Positions 17,913 through 26,171 of a DNA stretch of 35,410 bases are shown here, piece by piece. The position numbers and the translations under genes are program-made. The first letter of the stretch is position 1; every line of letters starts with the position of its first letter. The DNA is from a virus (lineage: Duplodnaviria; Caudoviricetes). Where the stretch lies: the IMG/VR virus record IMGVR_UViG_3300025751_000058, positions 1-35,410 of that record; one strand, written 5' to 3'. The notes under the pieces are model-generated. The model did not search any database, was not told where the DNA came from, and worked only from the letters and a program-made list of their open reading frames with translations.

Positions 17913-19355
17913 ATGGCTGAATACACATTTGACGTACAGAAACTTTACATAGAGATGCTATTGGCCGATGCTGAATCATTCGCACGGGCACAGAACATAT
18001 TCAAACCTGAATCGTTTGATCGTAAACTACAACCCATTGCTAAGTTCGTCAAGGATTACATGGACGAATACAAAGTCATGCCGGAGGTTGATATAGTAAA
18101 TGCACAACATGATATAAAATTAAAATCAGCAAAGGATCTAGATCCTGCACACTTCAACTGGTTGCTGGACGAGTTTGAGACATTCTCAAGACACAAGGCA
18201 TTGGAACAGGCAATACTTTCATCAGCCGACTTGTTAGAGAAGGGCGACTACGGTCCTGTTGAGGACATGGTCAAGGAGGCAGTCAACGTGGGACTGACGA
18301 GAGATCTTGGAACAGACTACTTCGAAGATCCTAAAGGAAGACTAGAGGCACTCAAGGCAAACAACGGACAGATCAGCACTGGATGGCAGAACTTGGACAA
18401 GAAACTATTCGGTGGATTTAACCGAGGAGAACTAAACATCTTTGCAGGTGGATCAGGCGCAGGTAAGAGTTTGTTCTTGCAGAATCTTGCAGTGAACTGG
18501 GCACAGGCTGGTCTGAACGTTTGTTACATATCTTTTGAATTAAGTGAACAACTTACTGCCATGAGATTAGATGCAATGATGACAAACATTCCAACAAAGA
18601 AAGTGTTTCCAGAAATTGATAATGTAGAAATGAAAGTCAAGATGTTGAAGAAGAAATCAGGTACACTACAGATCAAATACTTGCCTAGTGGAAGTAATGT
18701 ACTAGATGTTAGAACTTATCTTAAAGAACTAGAACTTAAGAACAAGAAAAAGATAGACTGTATACTGATTGACTATTTGGATCTCATGATGCCAAAAAGC
18801 AAAAGAATAAGTCCGGCAGACTTGTTCATTAAAGACAAGTATGTGAGTGAGGAATTAAGAAACTTGGTCGTTGAGAAACAGTGTGTGTTGGCAACAGCAT
18901 CACAGTTGAACAGGGCATCTGTTGAAGAGATAGAGTTTGATCATTCTCACATATCAGGTGGACTGTCCAAGATACAGACAGCAGATAATGTGATAGGTAT
19001 ATTCACAAGTAGGGCAATGAAAGAACGTGGCAGATATCAGATACAGTTCATGAAGACCAGATCAAGTTCTGGTGTTGGACAAAAAGTAGACCTAGAGTTT
19101 GATGTAGACAGTTTACGTATCAGAGACCTAGCAGACGATCCAGAATACAAACAGTTTGACAAACAACGTAGTACAATATATGATTCTTTAAAACAAACAT
19201 CTAAGGTATCTGGAAGTGACAGTACACCAAAAGATGCGAGACCGGAGGTGCCAGATCCTCGTAAGGGAGACACTGTAGGTAAGGTGAAAGCCACTGTTGA
19301 AGGCGGCAAACTGAGACAACTGCTAAACGAACTGCACTCAGACGAAGAACAATAA
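17913..19355 (+). CDS. Replicative DnaB-family helicase (T4 gp41-like)
   Basis: 'ISTGWQNLD', Walker A 'GGSGAGKS', 'ISFEL', 'IDYLDL', 'ASQLNR', 'KTR'. Confidence 0.93.
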   Translation: MAEYTFDVQKLYIEMLLADAESFARAQNIFKPESFDRKLQPIAKFVKDYMDEYKVMPEVDIVNAQHDIKLKSAKDLDPAHFNWLLDEFETFSRHKALEQAILSSADLLEKGDYGPVEDMVKEAVNVGLTRDLGTDYFEDPKGRLEALKANNGQISTGWQNLDKKLFGGFNRGELNIFAGGSGAGKSLFLQNLAVNWAQAGLNVCYISFELSEQLTAMRLDAMMTNIPTKKVFPEIDNVEMKVKMLKKKSGTLQIKYLPSGSNVLDVRTYLKELELKNKKKIDCILIDYLDLMMPKSKRISPADLFIKDKYVSEELRNLVVEKQCVLATASQLNRASVEEIEFDHSHISGGLSKIQTADNVIGIFTSRAMKERGRYQIQFMKTRSSSGVGQKVDLEFDVDSLRIRDLADDPEYKQFDKQRSTIYDSLKQTSKVSGSDSTPKDARPEVPDPRKGDTVGKVKATVEGGKLRQLLNELHSDEEQ

Positions 19356-19386
19356 CCAAAAAAACATTTCCTATAATATACGCAGA

Positions 19387-19435
19387 TAAATATATTTGCT
19401 CAAGGCAACACAGGCAAATATAAAAGCATAGGCAA
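19387..19435 (+). promoter_or_regulatory. Leader of DnaE-like gene: TAAATA, 9-bp hairpin, three AGGCAA repeats
   Basis: TAAATA 19387-19392; TATATTTGC (19391-19399) / GCAAATATA (19414-19422); AGGCAA at 19403, 19412, 19430. Confidence 0.45.
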
Positions 19436-21127
19436 ATGAAAGACAAGCAACTAAACGACATAACAAGGCTGTACGATAGATTCATCAGGCAATGTCCAGG
19501 CACAGAAGAATACACGCAGAGGCTCGCCGAGGAAACTCAGATCATCCTTCAACTACGTTTCGTAGACTACTTCATCCAAATATGTGACATTATCGCAATG
19601 ACACGAGACATACCGCACATGACACGTGGTAGTGCTGGTTCGTCATTGGTCTGTTACCTACTGGGCATAACAGATGTGGACCCAGTGGAGTGGGACATAC
19701 CCGTGGCAAGATTCCTCAACCCTAACAGGGACGACCTCCCTGACGTGGACATAGACTTCCCCCATCACAAGCAGAACGAAGTCATGCAGAGGATATTCAA
19801 GAAGTGGCCAGGACGCAGTGCTAGGATATCTAATTACGTGCTCTATAAGGATAAATCAGCAAGGCGTGAAGCGGCCAAACGATTGGGTGTCAAAGGTAAC
19901 CTACCCCGCAGGTTCACATACGATTCACTAGGCATCGATGTCAAAGAAGCCAAACGAATTGAAAATAAATTGAAAGGCAAGAAGAGATGCATATCAAAAC
20001 ACTGCGGAGGAATACTGATGTTTCAAAGACAACTACCAAAGAGCCTGTTCACGGCGGAAAATCAAATACTACTGGACAAAAACGAAGTGGAGGACCTGGA
20101 ACACCTCAAGGTGGACATTTTAGCCAATCGTGGTTTGTCGCAACTCATAGAGATAGATCCCACAATGAAGTTAACAGACTATCCACAGGAAGATGCCGCT
20201 ACCTCGGACCTTTTGTGTCGGGGAGACGTGTTGGGAGTGACACAGGCAGAGAGTCCTGCCATGAGGAGACTGTTCAGGGCCATACAGCCAAAGAGTAGCA
20301 AGGACTGTGTGTTCGGAACTGCACTGATAAGACCAGTAGCGGTGTCCGGTCGTAAGAAAGCAACCATGTTCCATGACTGGAGCACGGAACGTATGAGTGA
20401 CACAATCGTATACGAGGACGATGCAATAGATAGAATATCCGAGGTGCTGGGTATAGACAAGTACGAGGCAGACATGTACAGACGTGCCTTTGCAAAAAAG
20501 AACGAAGAAAAGATCATGGAGTTCATATCGAGACTAGGCAATCATCCACGCAAGGATGAGATAATAACAATGCTACAGTCACTTTCTGGATTTGGATTGT
20601 GCAGAGCTCATGCTGTAAATCTAGGCAGGCTGATATGGGCACTGGCCTATCAAAAGGCACACAATCCAGAAAAATTTTGGAAGTCCTGCCTTAAACATTG
20701 CCAAGGATCGTACAAACGTTGGGTGTACAGGACAGAAGCAAAACGTGTTGGCATAGAAGTTGTAACACCAAGTAAATCTGATAAGTGGGACACGCCGGAG
20801 TTTCAATACAGAAAATATGGTTGGTGGAGCCAAAATGAATTTATGCCTGGCATGTATGTGAAAGAACTGTACCTAGACAAGGTAGAATTTGCAGGCATGA
20901 TAGCAAATGGTCGAGTGTTCCGTGGTGACAAAGGAAGGTACGTTACTTTTCTTACTCTAGGAATTGGTAATGGACAGTATATAGATGTGACCATTAAGAA
21001 GGCCTTTGCTTATAGTGACCATGATGTCGTGTGGGGACAGGGAACTATAAAACATTCCAACAATTCTGATTACGTAGAGTGCTTTGATTCGAAAGGTTTT
21101 AGATTAGAAAAATATCTTTTGGACTAG
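19436..21127 (+). CDS. dnaE: Compact DNA polymerase III alpha-like protein (DnaE/DnaE2-like) lacking PHP domain
   Basis: 'RGSAGSSLVCYLLGITDVDP', 'RFLNPNRDDLPDVDIDF', 'SKHCGG', 'LKVDIL', 'QAESPAMRRL', 'IRP', 'FGLCRAHA', C-terminal OB-like 'KGRYVTFLTL'. Confidence 0.9.
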   Translation: MKDKQLNDITRLYDRFIRQCPGTEEYTQRLAEETQIILQLRFVDYFIQICDIIAMTRDIPHMTRGSAGSSLVCYLLGITDVDPVEWDIPVARFLNPNRDDLPDVDIDFPHHKQNEVMQRIFKKWPGRSARISNYVLYKDKSARREAAKRLGVKGNLPRRFTYDSLGIDVKEAKRIENKLKGKKRCISKHCGGILMFQRQLPKSLFTAENQILLDKNEVEDLEHLKVDILANRGLSQLIEIDPTMKLTDYPQEDAATSDLLCRGDVLGVTQAESPAMRRLFRAIQPKSSKDCVFGTALIRPVAVSGRKKATMFHDWSTERMSDTIVYEDDAIDRISEVLGIDKYEADMYRRAFAKKNEEKIMEFISRLGNHPRKDEIITMLQSLSGFGLCRAHAVNLGRLIWALAYQKAHNPEKFWKSCLKHCQGSYKRWVYRTEAKRVGIEVVTPSKSDKWDTPEFQYRKYGWWSQNEFMPGMYVKELYLDKVEFAGMIANGRVFRGDKGRYVTFLTLGIGNGQYIDVTIKKAFAYSDHDVVWGQGTIKHSNNSDYVECFDSKGFRLEKYLLD

Positions 21128-21152
21128 CACCAATTCATTAAATAAGCATATA

Positions 21153-21587
21153 ATGATTCTAATAGCACACAGAGGCAATGTCAACGGTCTGAATCCAGAA
21201 CGAGAAAACACAGTAGCCTACATAGAAGAGGCATTAGGCCAAGGATACCATTGTGAAATTGATATAATTGATTACGACAACAATCAATTTACCCTAGGGC
21301 ATGATAAGGATGGCGAAAAGGTCAGCACAGACTGGCTTAAGAATAATAATTTATGGTGTCATGCAAAAAGTTACAAGGCATTAGAGGCCATGATAGCAAA
21401 GGGCATACACTGTTTCTTTCATAGAAGTGATGACTATACACTAACATCATTTGGTTACATATGGGCGTATCCAGGCAAAACAGGTGGGAAGAAATCAATA
21501 GCAGTACATCCAGAAAAGTTAACGCCGGAAGAAGTGGGAAAGTTTGACGGTGTGTGCAGTGACTATGTGGAGAAGTTTCGTGATTAA
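21153..21587 (+). CDS. Glycerophosphodiester phosphodiesterase-like protein (short)
   Basis: 'LIAHRG', 'EN', 'CEID', 'GHD', 'LWCHAK', 'GVCSDY'. Confidence 0.75.
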   Translation: MILIAHRGNVNGLNPERENTVAYIEEALGQGYHCEIDIIDYDNNQFTLGHDKDGEKVSTDWLKNNNLWCHAKSYKALEAMIAKGIHCFFHRSDDYTLTSFGYIWAYPGKTGGKKSIAVHPEKLTPEEVGKFDGVCSDYVEKFRD

Positions 21588-22122
21588 ACTTTTAATTTTA
21601 GATGTCGACGGTGTCCTTACAGACGGCAAGAAATATTATAACAGAAATGGCGATGTTGTCATGAAAACATTTTGCGATAAAGATTGGACAGCAATCAAAA
21701 GATTTAGGGCAATGGGAGTAAATGTTATATTTTTAACTGGAGATCCTTTCAATGAAAAGATTGCATCGAACCGGAACATCGACTGCATCGTAAACAGGAA
21801 GGATGGCAGACACACCGACAAGGAAGATTACCTGCAAGAAATTTGTGACACATACAAAGTTACTGAGAAAGAAATTGCATTTGTGGGAGATGATATTTTT
21901 GACATGGGTATTATCAAAAAAGTAAAATACTCTTACTGCCCAGAAGATTCTACAGAAGAAATACAAAATGCAGTAACTGATATTATAACTGCACCAGGTG
22001 GAAATAATTGTATAATGATATTGTTTGATTATCTTAAAGATTCAAAATTATTGCCAAAAAAATATGATGACGAAGAGCATCTCAAAGAAGTTTACTCGCT
22101 TGACGTAAAGGAAAAATTTTAA
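21580..22122 (+). CDS. KdsC/YrbI-family HAD phosphatase
   Basis: GTG start 21580 (GTGA overlap); 'LDVDGVLTDG', 'LTG', 'FVGDDIFD', 'APGGN'. Confidence 0.85.
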   Translation: MIKLLILDVDGVLTDGKKYYNRNGDVVMKTFCDKDWTAIKRFRAMGVNVIFLTGDPFNEKIASNRNIDCIVNRKDGRHTDKEDYLQEICDTYKVTEKEIAFVGDDIFDMGIIKKVKYSYCPEDSTEEIQNAVTDIITAPGGNNCIMILFDYLKDSKLLPKKYDDEEHLKEVYSLDVKEKF

Positions 22123-22799
22123 TGCACGATATAACACTATACGGACACATGACCGTCGATAGAATATTTGATGGCTTTCAAGAAAAACAAACACTAGGTG
22201 CAATGGTCAATATGTGGAGAACATTCAAACAGGTTTCTCCAGACATGGATATAGGAATGTGTCCAACTTCAATAGGAGAGGCCGTTGTGTACATAGACAG
22301 AGATTCAAGCACGAGGTATTCGAACTTTGTTCCGGACCTTAAAACAAACTCTCCTATCATACAACAGTCTAAGATATCACACGCGATGTACATAAACAAA
22401 TTACTTGATGTAAGTTGGCTAAAAGACTTAACAGGAATTGTATCAGCAGATGTTTGTGCAGGGCCGAGGGTTGATCCTAAATTACTACAATACTTAGATT
22501 ACTTTTTCATAGCAGATGAAGATGCATATGCGGATCTTTCAACAATGTGCAAAGACACAAAAGGACATGTAATACTACACACAAATAAGAGTAGTGTAGT
22601 CTCAGATGGAAGATATGAAGTTAAGTATGAAATAGATGAGGGTATGTTTATACCAAAGAGCAACGTACTTGGTGCGGGCGACATGTTTGCAAGTTGTTTT
22701 TTATATGGCCTACATCTTGGATTACAGATAGAAGAAATACAAAAATTTGCACACGAAACAACTAGTAAATTGATAAGGACAGAGAATGAAAAAATATAA
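22122..22799 (+). CDS. PfkB/ribokinase-family carbohydrate kinase (short)
   Basis: N-terminal 'YGHMTVD', C-terminal 'NVLGAGDMFASCF'. Confidence 0.75.
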   Translation: MHDITLYGHMTVDRIFDGFQEKQTLGAMVNMWRTFKQVSPDMDIGMCPTSIGEAVVYIDRDSSTRYSNFVPDLKTNSPIIQQSKISHAMYINKLLDVSWLKDLTGIVSADVCAGPRVDPKLLQYLDYFFIADEDAYADLSTMCKDTKGHVILHTNKSSVVSDGRYEVKYEIDEGMFIPKSNVLGAGDMFASCFLYGLHLGLQIEEIQKFAHETTSKLIRTENEKI

Positions 22800-23940
22800 T
22801 CTATTACTACCTATAGCAGGCAAGGCCCAGAGATTCATAGACGCAGGATACACAATGCCTAAAGCGTTGATACTTGCTAAAAATAAACACGTGATAGACT
22901 GGGCTATGGATTCAGTCGACACCAAAGATTGCAACTTAATTTTCATGGTTAGGGTGGACCATGTATACAATTTCAGTATAGATAAAATTCTCAAACAAAA
23001 GTTTGGCGAGGACATCACTATTATTAAACTTAACAAAGTGACAAGAGGTGCATTAGAAACTTGCACTTTAGCCAGAGAACACATAGACAACGACCTGCCT
23101 TTGATAGTATACACACCAGACGTACACTTTGGTCCTGTGTTCAATCCCGACACAATAAGCAAGGATAGTGACGGCTTCCTGTTAACGTTTACAGCAAACA
23201 GTCCTGATCATAGTTACTCAGAGTATGGCGAGGACGGAATAGTTACCAACGTTGTCGAGAAAGAAGTTATATCTAAAGAAGCCAACGTTGGCCTCTATCA
23301 TTTTAAATCAGGTAAAACATTTTTGAAGTACGCAGACGAAATGATCAGTAACGAAATAATGTACAAGAATGAATTCTATATAGCACCAATGTACAATCTA
23401 ATGATAAGAGATGGTCTGAAGATAACAGCCGCGAACACAGAAAAAATGCACGTGTTAGGGACACCTCATCAGTTTGAATTCTTCTGTAAGCGTGTGATTA
23501 CACGATTTGGAGATAGGCCAATTGCACTAGCGAGTGACCACTCTGGTTTTGTTGCCAAGAAGCAGTGTCAGGATGTTCTGGACAACCTAGCAATACCATA
23601 CATCGATGTTGGCACATACACAGATAAGGCATGCGACTACCCCGACTATGTTTTGCAAGTTACAAGACTTATTCAATCAAACGACTGCTCTCATGGTATC
23701 AGTTTTTGTAGATCGGGACAAGGTGCAAACATCACCGCTAACAAAGTTACCGGAATAATTTCTGCCTTGTGTTTTGACGAATACACAGCAGAGATGTCTA
23801 TCAAACACAACTGTGCAAATCATTTTGCCATCCCGTCCAAGTATGTTGACAAAGCAAAAATACAAGACATAATAGAAGCGTTGCTGAAATCCTCATTCGA
23901 CGGTGGCAGGCATTTCACAAGACTCTACAAGTTTTTATGA
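22786..23940 (+). CDS. Sugar-phosphate nucleotidyltransferase fused to RpiB/LacAB-type isomerase
   Basis: N-terminal 'PIAGKAQRF...PKALI', 'TRGALET', 'EK', 'NEFYI', 'LGTP'; C-terminal 'ASDHSG', 'DYPDY', 'CRSGQG', 'ANKV', 'HNCAN', 'FDGGRH'. Confidence 0.85.
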   Translation: MKKYNLLLPIAGKAQRFIDAGYTMPKALILAKNKHVIDWAMDSVDTKDCNLIFMVRVDHVYNFSIDKILKQKFGEDITIIKLNKVTRGALETCTLAREHIDNDLPLIVYTPDVHFGPVFNPDTISKDSDGFLLTFTANSPDHSYSEYGEDGIVTNVVEKEVISKEANVGLYHFKSGKTFLKYADEMISNEIMYKNEFYIAPMYNLMIRDGLKITAANTEKMHVLGTPHQFEFFCKRVITRFGDRPIALASDHSGFVAKKQCQDVLDNLAIPYIDVGTYTDKACDYPDYVLQVTRLIQSNDCSHGISFCRSGQGANITANKVTGIISALCFDEYTAEMSIKHNCANHFAIPSKYVDKAKIQDIIEALLKSSFDGGRHFTRLYKFL

Positions 23941-24551
23941 TTATAAACCATAAACGTAAGTTTGTGTTTGTGTGTGTTCCAAAGACTGGTTCAACCACAC
24001 TATCAAAGCACTTTATAAAAATAGACAACCTACCGATTGAAAGAAGTTGGTTAAAGGACAAATGGCATTGGCCAATGTTTCAAATACAAAAACATTATAA
24101 ACTTCCGTTAAAGGATTTTTACACATTTGCATATCATAGGAATCCATGGGATAGAATGATATCAAGTTGGATAGAGTTTACAAATGACCATGGACATTTA
24201 ATTACGTGGAGCCAAGCATTAAAAGACCAATACAAAACATTTGAAGATTTTATTTTGAACTTTCGATCATCTGAATGGACAAATGAAATACATTTTCGAC
24301 CAACGTGTTACTACACACACCTCGATGGTAAACAAATGGTTAATCATATAGCAAGGTATGAAAATTGGCAATCTGAAACCAAAAACATCTTGGAAACAAT
24401 TGATTTAGATATTAATGACATGGAAGGAAAACGTTATCGTAAAACAAAAAGAGATAGCGATTATAGGAAATATTATACAAACGACAAAATGATTGAAGCA
24501 GTGGAAAATCATTTTAAAATTGATATTGACACATTTGGAGATAAATTTTGA
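23937..24551 (+). CDS. Sulfotransferase family 2 protein (AT-rich)
   Basis: PAPS-binding 'FVCVPKTGSTT' and 'RNPWDRMISSW'; 'HFRP', 'RYEN'. Confidence 0.85.
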   Translation: MIINHKRKFVFVCVPKTGSTTLSKHFIKIDNLPIERSWLKDKWHWPMFQIQKHYKLPLKDFYTFAYHRNPWDRMISSWIEFTNDHGHLITWSQALKDQYKTFEDFILNFRSSEWTNEIHFRPTCYYTHLDGKQMVNHIARYENWQSETKNILETIDLDINDMEGKRYRKTKRDSDYRKYYTNDKMIEAVENHFKIDIDTFGDKF

Positions 24552-25315
24552 CACAATGTATTTTACTATCACACGTGTTTATTCGTAACAACGAAGAGTG
24601 GAAAGTCGAATGTGTTGAATTTGCCTTGCACCACTGGAGAGCGAACAATCCAGAGGCTTACATAATAGTGACGGGACACGGATTGAAACCTGACATCGAA
24701 GGTTACTGTAATCACATTCATTGGCCTGACAGCATTGTGGAAGATGACATAAACGTTGGGCATCCACATCTTGTTAGCGTTGGGCTCGATCATGCTGTAC
24801 AAAAAGGATTTAAGACAGTTTTGAAATCCAGGGCAGACACCATTCATGCAATACCTAATATTGTTGTGCATTGCCAGGATTTAATTGACAACAAGAAACT
24901 GCTAGTGACACAACAGACAAGTATAGACAAACAAGAAATGGGAGATTTATTTCTTTACGGTGATGTTGAAGTTATGGTTAAAAGTTTCAACAAGGACAAA
25001 TGGTATCCTACCAAAACAGGACTAACAAGCCTTGCTAATAATTTTTTAGATTTGTGTGAGCAAGAAGATTGGCACAGTGCTTGTATTGGAAATCTTGCAT
25101 TTGTTGATATATTCGCTCTCAGATGGATAGACTTCAGGAGCAACTGGAATTTGTTGAAGCATAAGAAAAATGACATGCTTGATAACAATCTCAGCAACGA
25201 ACATGACTATTATTGGGGGGCCACAGAGAAATGGCACGTCTGGGACAAGATGGGCAATCTAATATATTCAAAACCAAAGATGGGCAAAATAACTACACAA
25301 AAGGATTGGAAATGA
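24548..25315 (+). CDS. Glycosyltransferase-like (WavE/GT-A-like) hypothetical protein
   Basis: TTG start; 'GLDHA...VLKSRAD', 'GDLFLYG'. Confidence 0.45.
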   Translation: MTQCILLSHVFIRNNEEWKVECVEFALHHWRANNPEAYIIVTGHGLKPDIEGYCNHIHWPDSIVEDDINVGHPHLVSVGLDHAVQKGFKTVLKSRADTIHAIPNIVVHCQDLIDNKKLLVTQQTSIDKQEMGDLFLYGDVEVMVKSFNKDKWYPTKTGLTSLANNFLDLCEQEDWHSACIGNLAFVDIFALRWIDFRSNWNLLKHKKNDMLDNNLSNEHDYYWGATEKWHVWDKMGNLIYSKPKMGKITTQKDWK

Positions 25316-26049
25316 AAACAGCAGTTTGCATAAGTGGGATAGCAAGTTTCGTGCCGGAATACGAAAAAGTACTGGAACAGGCCAAAAAAGTTTTTGGTGA
25401 ATATGATTTCTTTTACCAACAATGGGAAGGATATGAAAAACCAAATGTTCCAAACTGCCTTTATGTGCCTGAACCCAAATGGGACTACCACGTGATGCAA
25501 GATGTCAAAGTAAAACCTGACTGCGACATATATCGCAAATACACAGATCCAAATGGAAAAATGTACCGTAAGCCTAACCTTTTCAAACAGTTTTGGCATT
25601 CAGGAAATCAGCAGATGTCACATCACTACCTGGTGGAATCGTTGCCAGAAGAATACACAAAAATAATCAGAATGAGATTCGACACCATAGTATCGACTAA
25701 GATAGACTACAAGAAATATCTAGACATGTTGGACGATGGATACACTGTTGGCTGGTACTCGGGCGGTGCTAAAAACTCAGACGGGCCTGGTACAGACTCG
25801 ACTATCGAAGTCAGAGGGAATAACGGTGACGGTTGCAAGTGGCGTGTGTTTGATCATATGCTATTCCATAACAGGGACAGGCTGAAGAACGTTAAAGAGA
25901 TGTTTGACAAGCAAGAACTCAATGGAAGCGAATGGGGATGGTATCAGATACTGCATCATCAATGGGGAGACGACAAGTACTGCAACGTGTGGGGTGGCAC
26001 ATCTCTGTGCAAGTGGACAAAGAAACCTTTGACCTGGGACATCTATTAG
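25312..26049 (+). CDS. Glycosyltransferase-like hypothetical protein
   Basis: Start moved to ATG 25312 'MKTAVCISG'; 'IIRMRFD', 'DH'; similar RxD motif to the upstream gene. Confidence 0.5.
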   Translation: MKTAVCISGIASFVPEYEKVLEQAKKVFGEYDFFYQQWEGYEKPNVPNCLYVPEPKWDYHVMQDVKVKPDCDIYRKYTDPNGKMYRKPNLFKQFWHSGNQQMSHHYLVESLPEEYTKIIRMRFDTIVSTKIDYKKYLDMLDDGYTVGWYSGGAKNSDGPGTDSTIEVRGNNGDGCKWRVFDHMLFHNRDRLKNVKEMFDKQELNGSEWGWYQILHHQWGDDKYCNVWGGTSLCKWTKKPLTWDIY

Positions 26050-26122
26050 CCGAAGGCGTAAAGCGTAAAATTACCAAAAATAGCGTAAGTTAAGAAATAA
26101 CGCGAAGCGTTAAAAAGCGTAA

Positions 26123-26155
26123 AGCCGGCCTTGACCTTTTAGATCTAGACCGACT
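26123..26155 (-). terminator. Hairpin downstream of porin (probable intrinsic terminator)
   Basis: Minus strand AGTCGGTCT-a-GATCT-AAA-AGGTC-a-AGGCCGGCT; G-U pairs work only on the minus strand; followed by TTACGCTTTTT. Confidence 0.55.
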
Positions 26156-26171
26156 CCACAGTGTTTAGGAA

